Positions 19,539 through 30,316 of a DNA stretch of 64,000 bases are shown here, one piece after another. The stretch lies in the NCBI GenBank assembly GCA_963799845.1, contig CAWCYI010000004.1, positions 1,408,001-1,472,000 of the forward strand. Reading direction: 5' to 3'. Under the pieces are notes generated by a model that was given only the letters and a program-made list of their open reading frames with translations, did not search any database and was not told where the DNA came from. The stretch's first letter is position 1. Every line of letters begins with the position of its first letter. Source of the DNA: an uncultured Nitrososphaerota archaeon (GTDB taxonomy: Archaea > Thermoproteota > Nitrososphaeria > Nitrososphaerales > CADDZS01). The position numbers and the translations under genes are program-made.

Positions 19539-20462
19539 ACATCGGATCGATTCCTCGAATAGTACTTACGTCTAGCCCGTTCGACCATTTCATCCTCCCG
19601 TTCCGAGTACGGGATGTAGCCCTGACCGACCTGGATAGAACTGACATTTGCACCGATTACTTCTCTCATGGACTTGTTAAGTTCGAAACCTACATAATGT
19701 CGAAAATTAGCTTTCGCAACGACGGCTGTTGTCCCATTTCCCATGAAGGGATCTGGTACTACATCACCAGGGCGAGTCGAGAAATCGATGCATCGTTGGA
19801 TCAGTTCTTCTGGAAGTTTTGTGCCGTTCTTTACTTCCCCCTTTCTGTACGTTCGATTGATATCCCACACATCCAGAGGGTAGTGATTAATTTTGTTGAA
19901 GTAATAATTTTCAGTCTTTGAGAAAAACAAGACGTGATAATGACTGGTTACAAATTTTCTCTGTGTAAATACGCCAAATTGGTATCTCCAAATTATATGG
20001 TTGATTAGCAATAGCTTCGCGTCTCTTGCGGCATTCAGAATATCAATCAAGTTCGTCCATCCACTGAATATCCAAGCGGTAGATGTTGGTTTCATTATTC
20101 GTGGAAGTACTGCTATCCATTTCTTTGAAAATTCTGCGTAGTCTCCCCTCAGCTTCTTGATATCCACTTCGGACATATCTATCGTCCCGATTATAGATAG
20201 ATTCCTTTCCAGTAAATGAAAGACCGAAGGGCGGATCTGCGATAATACAGTCGATGCTATCACCGGGGAGTGCGTGCATTCCTGAAATACAATCACGATA
20301 TTGAATTTTGTCGACCGTAAGACAAGGCTCAGAAGCATAATATTTCGACATGGCTTGGGTGATGTCCCAATCTTCGGTGGGTTTGAAGTTCAGTGCTGCT
20401 AAATTTGGGATGTATTTATTCTTCCTAGCTTTCTTGAATCTTTGCTCAGGTTCAACTTTCAA
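19535..20462 (-). CDS. Orphan beta-class N4-cytosine/N6-adenine DNA methyltransferase (apparent frameshift at ~20150)
   Basis: The catalytic DPPF motif precedes the SAM-binding DPFMGNGTT motif (beta order), and INHIIWRYQFGV.T..KFVTSHYH is present. Removing one base at AGCT 20151 joins the two ORFs (...GYQEARGDYAEF...). Confidence 0.9.
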
Positions 20463-20785
20463 ATTGACTTGGCATCCTTTTCAATGTGCGGACGAAATAG
20501 GCATAGAGATCTTCTCGTCAAATAAATGAGTTTAATCACAGACACTGTCATCTTTTTAAGAAGCAAAGTGACCCTCGCTGGAGGAAAGTACGAGAGCTGG
20601 GTGCAGCTAACCTGTGAGCTCCAGCGGGACTGGAGTCGTCGGGACAACCGTACCGTCGTTCACTCAAATACTCTTCGACCCAGCTTCCCCTGATTATATC
20701 CTCGAACACCGAGAGCAACCCATCTATCGCACTAGCTGGGCGGATGCTGGCCATTTTATTGTAGCCTCTTGCTGCTGTAGCAATC

Positions 20786-21520
20786 CTACTTGGTACGGAC
20801 CCAGGCGGGATCGCCCCTAGAAAGCGTTCGCGCCATCACCGCGACAATCATCGTAATAATTAGGGCGATCACAATAGGATAGACAATGGAAACATAAAGT
20901 ATCATCAGACTTCCGATGAGAGCTCCGATAAACATAGCTAACACGGATATCAAACGGCGGCCCAATCTCGATCCGCTCCCGCCCACGACATGACTGTCTG
21001 CAGCAATCCCAACGATGGTCAAGGTGAGCACGGTTGTCGTCAGATCAGGTACTGCAAGCTTGCGGGCAGAGGCGTTCTGGATTCCCATCGTGATACCTAA
21101 CGCGATTATTAGGCAGTAGCTGTAGACTAGTTGTATCGGATTCTGGGACAGTGCTGAAAGGACTGCTGAGACACCGAGGAAGAACACTTGCAGGGCAGTA
21201 GAAATTCTGAGCAGATGCCCTCTGTGTCCACTAGTGCGCGAACCGACTAAACCTCCAACTAGGCTGCCGACAATAAACGAGCCCAACGCAATGAGGGAGG
21301 AAATAACCGAGAAGCCTTGGGCGCCAGCTAGAGCGAATGCAAGGAACACCACGTTGCCGGTCATATTTGCGACGAATACGTGACCAAGAACCAGATAACT
21401 GAACGAGTCGACCAGACCAGTGACCAGAGTCATCGCTACCAGCATCGGAGGCAGCGGGCCATCTTTGGAGTCGGAGCGAGGCAAGAGCGTCTCGCGTACT
21501 TCTGAAAAGAAACTACTCAT
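20786..21520 (-). CDS. YoaK/DUF1275 membrane protein
   Basis: Motifs GLVDSFSY..LGHVFVANMTGN, MGIQNA and TTTVLT. Confidence 0.9.
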   Translation of the reverse strand: MSSFFSEVRETLLPRSDSKDGPLPPMLVAMTLVTGLVDSFSYLVLGHVFVANMTGNVVFLAFALAGAQGFSVISSLIALGSFIVGSLVGGLVGSRTSGHRGHLLRISTALQVFFLGVSAVLSALSQNPIQLVYSYCLIIALGITMGIQNASARKLAVPDLTTTVLTLTIVGIAADSHVVGGSGSRLGRRLISVLAMFIGALIGSLMILYVSIVYPIVIALIITMIVAVMARTLSRGDPAWVRTK

Positions 21521-21712
21521 TGATGGAAAACTCTGATAATATTGGGCAGTCTCGGTCTAACTGACACTCATAGTAGTTGGACCTCTTAGGGTCTCCAACC
21601 GTAATAACTTTTCCAACTAGTTGGATCTGCTTGGTTTACAGTTGTTTCAGGATTTTACGATCTTGCGAGCTTCCTGAAAACAGTCCAAGATATCTCTAGT
21701 CACTGGGATATC

Positions 21713-22708
21713 TTAATTATTTTTTGCGAGGCGCTTACCTATTTCCTCACCGAGCCAATCTTGCACGACGATGAGCTCCTTCATGATGCCCATCTTTACA
21801 TTATTGACGCCGTCAAGACCCTTTATCCATTTAGTGATGTCATCAGCCTCTGACGCGTTGTCGAACAACCCTACGAATTTCGAGTACTGTCTTGAACTTG
21901 TATCGGAGAGCTCGTTTCGATGCAGCTCTGTGAGTATGAGTCTGTCGACCGCACGCTTTTTCTCCTCATCCCGACAGAACACCAAAAAGACGCAGCTTAC
22001 ACCCACGACTGTCCTAAAGTTTGGGGCACCCTGAAGGTAAACCGCGCGTCCGTCTTTCATTAATGTGAGCCGTCTCCCAATCGTGCGGACGGACACGCCG
22101 ATCGAATCTGAGACTTCTTCAAGGTTCTTCCTGGCATCTCCCTGCATAGCTTCCACTATCTTCCAGTCAGTCTTGGTCATCCGAATACCCGAGCGAGGAA
22201 AGCCCAATTTCCAGAATGTCAGTTCCTTTGAGCCGCAGATTGATCTAATGAGCTCGGTCTTCGTTCTCAATGCATCTCCATTTTGGTAGTAAAACGTCAC
22301 CTGCAATCCTCTCCCCCGGGAGTCAAGGATCTTGATGACTCCATCGACCCGCCTGATCTCGGCGATCGCTTCATCCTTCTTCTCTTCCTCTTCAACATCC
22401 AAATCCAAACTCGCTGCCTCACAATCTATCAGACGGGGATTGACCATCATCCTCCAGCTGGGCAGCGGCCCCAGATCCTCAGCTCGCTTGAGCCTCTTCC
22501 TGACGGTCTCTTCATCGACGCCGAGCCTCCTTGCAATGTTGGAATAAGATTCCCTGACATTCCATTGAAACGAGCCGGGGCTTCCGAGTTCTTTGATTAT
22601 CCTGATGTCAAGGTCGTCCAGGCGGTGCAAGACTATGCTGAAATCCGAAGGCGATGCGTTAAGGCTGTCGGAATTCCTCTCCACCCTAGGGTCAGAGTTA
22701 AGAGTCAC
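21713..22708 (-). CDS. Lrp/AsnC-family regulator with two HTH modules
   Basis: LDDLDIRIIKEL...IARRLGVDEETVRKRL, plus a second module TDWKIVEAMQGDARK...SVRTIGRRL. Confidence 0.85.
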   Translation of the reverse strand: MTLNSDPRVERNSDSLNASPSDFSIVLHRLDDLDIRIIKELGSPGSFQWNVRESYSNIARRLGVDEETVRKRLKRAEDLGPLPSWRMMVNPRLIDCEAASLDLDVEEEEKKDEAIAEIRRVDGVIKILDSRGRGLQVTFYYQNGDALRTKTELIRSICGSKELTFWKLGFPRSGIRMTKTDWKIVEAMQGDARKNLEEVSDSIGVSVRTIGRRLTLMKDGRAVYLQGAPNFRTVVGVSCVFLVFCRDEEKKRAVDRLILTELHRNELSDTSSRQYSKFVGLFDNASEADDITKWIKGLDGVNNVKMGIMKELIVVQDWLGEEIGKRLAKNN

Positions 22709-22726
22709 GGATCGGTATCAAGATGC

Positions 22727-23068
22727 ATGCAATCAACGAATAACGCAAAGGAAGTCGTACTTTCTTACATCAAGGCACTGGACAGCCAGGATTATAATGC
22801 TGCCAGGCGCTTTATGAATGATCGTTTGCCTATCAAAGGGCCTGGCGAGTTAATCGACAAACCGGAAGAACTCCTCAAGATGCTACAGAAATACCGTGGG
22901 AAGTACGACGTGAAGAAAGTCATCGCAGACGGCGACGATGTGTGTCTGCTCTACGACCTGACTACAAGTACCCCTGCTCTAACTGTGCTGATGTGCAGTT
23001 GGTATCACGTCAAAGACGGAAGAATAGATTCGATCCAGACAATTTTTGACCCTCGTCCCTACGCTTGA
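22727..23068 (+). CDS. SnoaL/NTF2-like protein
   Basis: Motifs KVIADGDDVCLLYD and WYHVKDGRI..IQTIFDPRP; divergent from the Lrp regulator. Confidence 0.85.
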   Translation: MQSTNNAKEVVLSYIKALDSQDYNAARRFMNDRLPIKGPGELIDKPEELLKMLQKYRGKYDVKKVIADGDDVCLLYDLTTSTPALTVLMCSWYHVKDGRIDSIQTIFDPRPYA

Positions 23069-23080
23069 ACTTCACGAAAA

Positions 23081-23368
23081 TTATACGGATGATTCTTGAT
23101 TATGCAATTTCTTCTCTCTGAAGTTGCTCCAAGCTGTACCCAAGAGAACCACGGCAAAACCGGAAGCACCAGCTATTGCCGGTTCAGCGATTTTTAGGAC
23201 AGATAGAACTATTACGATCGCAGCTCCTAAAAGAGCGGCCCCAACCACTAGGAAAGAGTAACTGCCTTTATTCAAGTTCAATTCACCTATTCTTGCATTA
23301 TGGATCGCACAAATAACAGATAAAGTAAAGATACAAATCTCATTTTTGAGAATCAGCTCAATCTCCAA
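23081..23368 (-). CDS. Small 2-TM membrane protein (true start probably ~23281)
   Basis: Two hydrophobic helices. Confidence 0.5.
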   Translation of the reverse strand: MEIELILKNEICIFTLSVICAIHNARIGELNLNKGSYSFLVVGAALLGAAIVIVLSVLKIAEPAIAGASGFAVVLLGTAWSNFREKKLHNQESSV

Positions 23369-23478
23369 GCTTAATATGGAATGAAAGTGGGCTCCTGTAA
23401 TCTACGAGACAGACTGCGAAATATGATTCACAAAAAATCACACCTTATCGAAAATGGAAAGATCGTTTCTCTTTCGCA

Positions 23479-24255
23479 TCATGTTTCCCAATCCGCAAGC
23501 ACATTTTTAATTGGGTTGAATGCTCTGATGAGCTTCGAAAGGACCGAGGGTGACTGTATGCTTGGCTTCCAAGCTTTTTCCGTCAACAGATCGCTTATTA
23601 CAAACACCGCTGATGTCTCTATTCCCCTTACTTGGCCTACTGCAAAAACGGCAGAAGACTCCATCTCCACGGTCATCACGCCCTCAGACCTGTAGTGAAT
23701 TAGTTCCTTCACTGTTTCGCGATATGGGGCGTCGATAGTCCAGCTCGATCCCTTGTACACTCTCCTGAACGTTTTCGAAAGCGATCCAAACAAAGCTCCC
23801 GTCAAGCCTTTGGTGGCAAAGGCATACTTTGCATTCTTGACATAGTGGTGGGAAGTTCCCTCATCCCTTATGCTCTTGGTGCAGACAACGACGTCTCCCG
23901 GCCTTAGTTTTTCGTTTAATCCGCCGGCCATCCCAAGAATCACGAAACGCTTGGCTCCCCACGCGATCAACTCTTCCATGTGCATGACAGTTGAAGGAGC
24001 TCCCACACCGAAACCAGCCAGGATTCCAACTTTATTTCCGGTTCCGCCAACGGAATAGAGTTTGGTCTCTACATTATCGAAAATCCCTGGTATCACGCTG
24101 ATCTGATGAATATTTTGAATCTGATCATTTAGGCGCTTTGAATAACAGAGGACAATGCTCTGAGGCATAACGAGGGGCATTCTCCCGACCCGCTTTGAGT
24201 ACTTGAGATATTCCTTTGTGGAAATGATGGGACTTTCTGAATGCTTCCCCCTCAT
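23479..24255 (-). CDS. Nucleoside phosphorylase (PNP/UDP family)
   Basis: Motifs GVGAP, RDEGTSHHY, WTIDAPYRET and VEMESSA. Confidence 0.92.
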   Translation of the reverse strand: MRGKHSESPIISTKEYLKYSKRVGRMPLVMPQSIVLCYSKRLNDQIQNIHQISVIPGIFDNVETKLYSVGGTGNKVGILAGFGVGAPSTVMHMEELIAWGAKRFVILGMAGGLNEKLRPGDVVVCTKSIRDEGTSHHYVKNAKYAFATKGLTGALFGSLSKTFRRVYKGSSWTIDAPYRETVKELIHYRSEGVMTVEMESSAVFAVGQVRGIETSAVFVISDLLTEKAWKPSIQSPSVLSKLIRAFNPIKNVLADWET

Positions 24256-24317
24256 CTTAGGATAGGATAATTTATTGTCACCTTTGGTAAGTGCGTCGTG
24301 TGGTTAGCATCATGATT

Positions 24318-25076
24318 TTATTTCTTCTTATATGAAACGGAGACAATCCCCGGACTTTTTTCCGTGAATTTTTCCTTACGAAAACTTCCAAATACTTCGT
24401 CTACCTCAAATCCCGTACGCTGCAAGAGTTTCAGGAGCTCGTCATGAAATATGTAGCGACCTTGGATTCTGACAATGGATCTTTTGATCGAGCCATTAGG
24501 TCTGACTAGGTCATAAATTGCAGTTGAGTCGATTAGCTGCTTTTCTAAATCTGGGCTGTCAGAGGAGAAACGAAGAAACGTATTACCGTTTTTTAATTTG
24601 TTGAGGTGATCTAATCTCAATATGTGTTGAGGCCTAGATAGATCAGGGTTGAATATGTCAAGAATTAACACGCCATTATCTTCGAGATGATTTGCGATGC
24701 ATCGTAAACTCTTTTCTTCGTCCTCGATTGAGGTATTTTGTATGAACGATGCGAACGCGATGAAGGCGAGCTTGAATTTTCTATCCATGGAGAAGTTTCG
24801 CATGTCTCCCTTGACCAAGTGTACTCGCTTTCTAACGGATTGATTCTCCTTCAGCAGTTTAGACCGGCACACACGAAGCATCTTTTCGTTCATGTCGAGA
24901 CCAGTGATGTCGAAGCCAGCTCTCGCTATTTGTATAGCAAGTCTGCCAGTACCCGAACAGCATTCCAGAACAGGTCCGCCAGTCTTTGCGCAGTACTCCA
25001 GATAAAGTGGAATGTCGTCTTGTCTGTCGTAGACCTGATCATAGAAGGGGGCTTCTACGTCATATCGATCGATCAT
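24318..25076 (-). CDS. Class I SAM-dependent methyltransferase
   Basis: Motifs VLECCSGTGR, GLDMN and GDMRNF. Confidence 0.9.
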   Translation of the reverse strand: MIDRYDVEAPFYDQVYDRQDDIPLYLEYCAKTGGPVLECCSGTGRLAIQIARAGFDITGLDMNEKMLRVCRSKLLKENQSVRKRVHLVKGDMRNFSMDRKFKLAFIAFASFIQNTSIEDEEKSLRCIANHLEDNGVLILDIFNPDLSRPQHILRLDHLNKLKNGNTFLRFSSDSPDLEKQLIDSTAIYDLVRPNGSIKRSIVRIQGRYIFHDELLKLLQRTGFEVDEVFGSFRKEKFTEKSPGIVSVSYKKK

Positions 25077-25217
25077 GGGCTTGGAATAGATTTACGCCCC
25101 TATATTACCGTGGGCAGTTTCAAATAGTCATTCGGTTTTCAGAGCTTCGCACGAATTCAAAAAGCGCTAATAATAAGAATCTGATCCGTCCAGGCAGAAT
25201 AAATCGGGAAAAGGAAC

Positions 25218-25328
25218 TTGTCAAAGGAAACCAAAAAATCCGATAATCCTTACGGCAAGACGATAACGATACTGGTGATCCTCCTAATCGTGGTTTTCGT
25301 CGTGCTTGGCTTTCTTCAAGCTTACTGA
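25218..25328 (+). CDS. Single-TM microprotein (36 aa, MSKETKKSDNPYGKTITILVILLIVVFVVLGFLQAY)
   Basis: Manual translation. TTG start after a purine-rich tract; charged N-terminus followed by one TM helix. Confidence 0.55.
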   Translation: MSKETKKSDNPYGKTITILVILLIVVFVVLGFLQAY

Positions 25329-25353
25329 CAAACGAGCTAGGCTGGGGAGATCG

Positions 25354-25470
25354 ATGTCGGACAAACCGGAAGGAAAAAATCGCAGTGACAGGATCGTCCT
25401 CATCCTTGTGATAGTTTTCATTCTCCTCTTTGCATTTCTGGGTTTCATACTGCCGTTGTTTTTCTTTTGA
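25354..25470 (+). CDS. Single-TM microprotein (38 aa, MSDKPEGKNRSDRIVLILVIVFILLFAFLGFILPLFFF)
   Basis: Manual translation. GGGGAG RBS-like element upstream; same architecture as the preceding peptide. Confidence 0.6.
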   Translation: MSDKPEGKNRSDRIVLILVIVFILLFAFLGFILPLFFF

Positions 25471-25503
25471 GATTGACGATGAGGAGTCTTCTGCAGTTAT
25501 GGA

Positions 25504-26049
25504 CTATGCCAAAGTTCCTGCTACAATGGAAGGACAAGTTATCGAACCCTGAGGCGGCAACGACCTGCAGTCAAAGCGAATATTCAGCACTCCCAAAACT
25601 GGTTCAGCTAATGTCGCGTTTCCCTTTGCCTCCCAGGAGATCTGATTGCCGTAGCTCAAGAAGTACGACCAGAGCACATGGGAACTTCCAGATAGAATCA
25701 CATCGAGGTTCGTGTTGATCGTCGTCGAGGCGTGTGCGAGGATCTTGACATGTTGGGTGATTACGCCTGCACCTAAGTAATTTCCATTTCCATACAAGAG
25801 GTACGACGCATTTTCGAGCGTCGCCGAGATAGGCGTGGGATTGTCGAGACTGAACTGGATTTGTAGTTTCGTACTCGAGAATCCGATCGATTCTATTCCA
25901 ACCACACCGAATTGAGAAATTGACACCTGATCAGTTTTTGCCAACTGGCCCGCGGCGGAAAGCTGCTCCTGATAGTATACAGCGCTGACCAGCAGAACTG
26001 CTACAAATATCAGGAAAGCGATGGTACCTATTTCTGCTCGCCCGCTCAT
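25504..26049 (-). CDS. LEA type 2 (WHy) domain membrane protein
   Basis: N-terminal TM helix and the motif 'LDNPTPISATLENASY.LYGNG.YLG.G'. Confidence 0.8.
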   Translation of the reverse strand: MSGRAEIGTIAFLIFVAVLLVSAVYYQEQLSAAGQLAKTDQVSISQFGVVGIESIGFSSTKLQIQFSLDNPTPISATLENASYLLYGNGNYLGAGVITQHVKILAHASTTINTNLDVILSGSSHVLWSYFLSYGNQISWEAKGNATLAEPVLGVLNIRFDCRSLPPQGSITCPSIVAGTLA

Positions 26050-26195
26050 CTTAGAACCGAGTCCTCAAGATGCTCCGTAATGATCAAGCTTCTCTGCATT
26101 TTCAAGCATACCAAGAAAATAGCATTGCGGATCGAGTCAACGGAAGATAAGAACGAATAACATGAAAACAGGAGGGATTCCAGTTCCAATCCCGA

Positions 26196-26318
26196 CTACC
26201 ACATCGTTGTCTGTTTGAACGGTCTCGGCTCTCGTTTGTGACTCGTTCCACACCTTCTCTTATGCCTTGTGATCTTCTTCTCGCTTATGAGCTTACCACA
26301 CTTTGGGCAGGTAGGCAT
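26196..26318 (-). CDS. C2HC zinc-finger microprotein (40 aa, MPTCPKCGKLISEKKITRHKRRCGTSHKREPRPFKQTTMW)
   Basis: Manual translation. Strong AGGAGGT RBS; C-x2-C-x11-H-x3-C pattern. Confidence 0.7.
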   Translation of the reverse strand: MPTCPKCGKLISEKKITRHKRRCGTSHKREPRPFKQTTMW

Positions 26319-26427
26319 GGACCTCCTATTGGTTTGTTAGATATAATACAGATTTTGGTTTTCATCGCTAGGGAATTTGCAACACATCACTTTTTTTGGT
26401 CGCTTACTCCTCTGTTCCCCATAGGAG

Positions 26428-26640
26428 GTGTCATGTATAGCAGGATTCACGACAGAATCACCAAGCAAGCAATTCGTCATCTTGGCAGAGTCGGGCAGAT
26501 GCGAGAACCTCTTGCAGGCTTTGGAGACCAGGATAGCTAATGGCTATCGAGTTGTTCAGTGCTGGGGTTCCGGTGGCGGACAGGGCCTTTTCGGTTCATC
26601 AAGCAATATGACCTATGTGTTGCTCGAGAAGGTCAATTGA
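26428..26640 (+). CDS. Small hypothetical protein (start uncertain)
   Basis: The 'NGYRVVQ...YVLLEK' pattern resembles small DUF4177-like domains. Confidence 0.5.
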   Translation: MSCIAGFTTESPSKQFVILAESGRCENLLQALETRIANGYRVVQCWGSGGGQGLFGSSSNMTYVLLEKVN

Positions 26641-26650
26641 CTTAGGGCGC

Positions 26651-26680
26651 GTGGAGTTCCGACATCTTGTCGGACACCAC
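26651..26680. terminator. Hairpin between convergent genes
   Basis: GTGG-AG-TTCCGACA-TCT-TGTCGGA-CA-CCAC inverted repeat. Confidence 0.35.
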
Positions 26681-26685
26681 ATCCG

Positions 26686-27126
26686 TCAACTGATTTTGCT
26701 GTAGGAAGGGAACTCTTCGACGAGTAAAATGATACTTCTCATTCCCCTCACGACCGCGATCTTTCCTTCTTCAATTACGGAATCCGATTCCGCAGACCAC
26801 AGCTCAGGATTCAGCACGCCATTTTTTTCTTCATATACCTTGACGATGCCCCTGTCGGCCCTTCCAGCAACTCGCTTGATGATTAGGCACTTTGAGCCTA
26901 GAATTTGTCTTGGCGTTACTGTTCCAAGGTGTATCATTTCCATAGATTCTACTAGAAATATTATCACAAATACGCACGCGCTCATCACGGCAGGGATGAT
27001 GAACCCATACGAATAGAGGACAAAAGAAGTCAGCACTAGCCCGCCCAGCACTACGAATGAATCTGGTCCGAACCGAGCGATCGTGAAAAAAGACGAAAGT
27101 CTATTGCTCATGCTCGTACCCGACAA
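26686..27126 (-). CDS. NfeD-family membrane protein
   Basis: Two TM helices followed by an OB-like tail 'GIVKV...ELWSAES...IEEG...V'. Confidence 0.8.
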   Translation of the reverse strand: MSGTSMSNRLSSFFTIARFGPDSFVVLGGLVLTSFVLYSYGFIIPAVMSACVFVIIFLVESMEMIHLGTVTPRQILGSKCLIIKRVAGRADRGIVKVYEEKNGVLNPELWSAESDSVIEEGKIAVVRGMRSIILLVEEFPSYSKIS

Positions 27127-27270
27127 TTTCTAAAATGACTTTTGTTCCTTTAAATGGATTTTATAGCCCTACAGAGTTTTCTCTCGTTGTTTGCTATTTA
27201 TTAACACCGACGGATGAAGCGCTTCAATCCGCAACACAAATCAGGTACGAACACGAACTGGTTGTCAGAT

Positions 27271-28105
27271 ATGGCCACTCCGGTATTTGATCAGATAGCG
27301 GACGTGTACGACGAGACGAGGAGAGAGCTCGGCGAGGCTACGCTGAGGGGGATAGAGGATAAGCTGACAAAGCATGGGTGCAGGTCCATTCTCGAAATAG
27401 GCGTCGGCACCGGACGCATCGCGCTTCCGCTTATCAAAAGTGGCTTCGAGGTTTCTGGCATGGACATCTCACGTCGGATGATGGAGAAGGCCAGAGCCAA
27501 AGGAATGAGGAGTCTCTTCCGAGCTGAAGGGAGTCAAGCTCCGTTCAGGGAGAAAAGTTTTGACGCAGTTCTAATGGCGCATGTCTTCCATCTACTTGAC
27601 GACCCTCAATCAGTAATGCGGGAGGCCGCGAGACTGAGCCGTGTAGGAGTATTCGCGCTAGTAAGAAAGAGAACTGAGGCTCATTCGTGGTCGTTCTACG
27701 GCGGTGATGACTCTGCCGAAAGAATGAGCGATGAAGATACAAGGAAATTCTTCGAAGAAAGAAGAGAGCGCTTCAGGAAGATTTTCAAAAAGTATGGCAA
27801 GGATCCTTCCCAAATCTTTCCAAACTGGAGGAAAGAAAAGGAGGTCCTCGATACCTATCCACCCGACGATCTAAAAATAGTGAGCGATGTAGTCGTGACC
27901 GAGAACATCGAGGACAGGATCGCTCGATTCGAGAAGGGCAGCTGACAGCTCCATACTGCGCATGCCGGTTGAAATGCGAAAAGAGATCGTCGAAGAAATG
28001 CGTACTTACTCTTCGTCACGCTTGGGTCAAGAAGCGAGGATGCAACCCCGACATGAAGTCTACCAGCTAGCATTATGGAACTCAAATAAGTTGCTTGCAT
28101 CCTAA
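27271..28105 (+). CDS. Class I SAM-dependent methyltransferase (apparent frameshift at ~27944)
   Basis: LEIGVGTGR motif. Removing the G in AGCTGA (27940-27945) extends the frame through 'SYSSILRMPVEMRKEI...' to TAA at 28105. Confidence 0.85.
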
Positions 28106-28152
28106 AATTTCAATTCTTATCAAAATTTGCAAGTTTAGGCCAGGGGTATCCC

Positions 28153-30209
28153 CTACATAGCATCGAGTCTCTTTGCAACGAACTCTGAAGTCCTCTTCGA
28201 CATTGACATTATGGTAATCATCGGGTTTGCACCAAGCGTCGTAGGGAAAACTGAAGCATCCGCTATGAACAAGTTTCTCATTCCCAGTAGCTCTCCTTCC
28301 ACGCTTACTGCAGCAAGAGATTCATCAGCGCCCATTCTGCAGGATCCCATGATATGAGCGCTGAAGAGCATGAGTCTATTTGGCGCGATGCCCCTTTTTT
28401 CTACCAAGTCGTTGAACCGATCGAGCTCTTTCTGCGATAGAGAAGTACTTCCCTTTGGAGCATCTACTTCTAGAAGATCGGAGTGCAGAGTCGAGAGACC
28501 CTTTGCCCCAGCCGCAGCCAGTATCCTTCCAGTTTCCTTAATCCCTTGGACCATGTTCCTTCTATCTCTTTCTTCAAGCTCGTAATTTACAATTGCAGAG
28601 CCGTGCTTATCGACACCAACACTTCCGCTACTCCATTCTCTTAGAAGGACAATATTGGCAGTTGAATGATTAAATCGCTCTCGCATGAAATCCTTATGTC
28701 TGCGTCCATCGGGCCAGGGAGCACTTAGTGCGAAGAGTCCGGGATGAGCTGGTGCCGCCTCCATCCAGAACCCGTGACTCGTGCCATTGAGGTTCAGATA
28801 CTTTGTAACAACGACAGTTTGCGGTGGACCGTCCCACGTCCTAACTTCTTGCTCGAAAAGTCCGGACACGGCCGTCGTCGGATGAAGCTTCAGCCTCTTA
28901 CCAATGTTTTTCCCTTTTATTCCCGAGTTCAGGAGAAGGACGGGCGTCTTTACTGAACCGCACGCAAGAACGACAACCTTCGCGCGAATCCGGATGTTGA
29001 TGGTTTTGCCATTACGAGATGTTCTGGCTTCAATTCCCTTCGCCGCTCCTTGTTCCACTACTATCATTTCGACTTTTGTGTCGAAAAGAAATCGTGCTCC
29101 GTTCTTGAATGCCATGGGTAGATAGTTCATGATTGTTGATTGTTTGCAGGAATAGACGCACCCATACGTGCAATACGCGCATCTTTCTCTACAGTCCACG
29201 GCATCCCTCCAGATTCGTTCAAAATCCAGGCCCTCATTGTATCCGAGAGCTTGGCATCCTCTCAACAGTGCTTCGTTGTTGAAGTTCAACTGACTCTCGT
29301 TCAGGTTGACCTTCAAGAGCTTCCAGATCTCTTCGACATTCGAATTGAATTCTTTACCTGTGAGGCCTACGATTCCGAATTCTTGCTCCCAATTTTTCAA
29401 AACATCCGAAGGAGGTCTGATACATGTCATCCAGTTAACGGTCGTTCCTCCTCCAGCGCCTCTCCCAGATAGAAGAACAAATGAGAGATCCCTTGTCGCA
29501 GCAGTCCCATACTCATCGAAGAGCTTACTCATCATAGAAGCTCTCCCTGGTCAAAAGAATCTGCCGTGGCGTACGGACCTGACTCCACAACGAGGACAGC
29601 GAATCCTCTTTTGCTCAGTTCAAATGCAGCCACGCTTCCTCCCGCTCCTGAGCCTACCACGCAAACGTCGCATTCCAGAGTTTGATCTTTCTCGGGTATG
29701 GTCGGATCTATCTTGAGATCTTGCGGGTGGCCGAGGTGCATCCTGGTTTGGGGTCCCGGATATTCTATTTCGCTCCAGTTCGGATTTGATCCTTTTTCAT
29801 CTGCAATCGCGTAGAATAAGAAGCAGACAAGTCTCTTTAGAGCCTGAAAAGCCTGTCTTTTCGATCCAAGTGAGCTGTCTCTCCAGCTTGCAAGATATCT
29901 TGTTCTTTCCTCCCCAACCTTCAACTCGGAGAATTTTGTTGGTCTTCCGGTCAGAACGAGGTTGTAAAATCTGCTGTCTATGATAGAAAGCAGTCTCCGA
30001 AACTGTTCTCTCAGGGCAGGTTCGAGTCTCGTTTCGATCATCTCGGCTAGTGTCTTGTCCAATGCGAGATCCGTAGCGGAGCGCTCGTAGAATGCTTTCG
30101 TCTGTTCCGAGTAAGCTGGTGAAAAATCCTGAGTTACGCTTACCTTAGGTACAATCGTATCGCAGATAGCGGCTATCGTGCCTAGCTCTCGTTCCGTGAG
30201 ATCCATCAA
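28153..30209 (-). CDS. GMC-family oxidoreductase (long-chain fatty alcohol oxidase-like; apparent frameshift at ~29539)
   Basis: VVGSGAGGSV in the 5' ORF; GGGTTVNW, LHP, SAHIMGSCRMG and DASVFPT..GANPM in the 3' ORF. Confidence 0.9.
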
Positions 30210-30316
30210 TCAACCGAAGATTGTATCAGTGCTAAAAGCATGTCTTATTAAAACCAAGGGATCAGCATTGCTGTATTTTGAAGCGCAACAAGATGGAAAT
30301 TAAGAAGCTTTAGATC

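Noticed and set aside
20459-20754. Short ORFs upstream of the DNA methyltransferase as a cognate restriction enzyme or controller
   Set aside because: Too short, with no nuclease or HTH motifs.
22283-22726. N-terminal extension of the SnoaL-like ORF
   Set aside because: It overlaps the Lrp gene antisense; the domain begins at ATG 22727.
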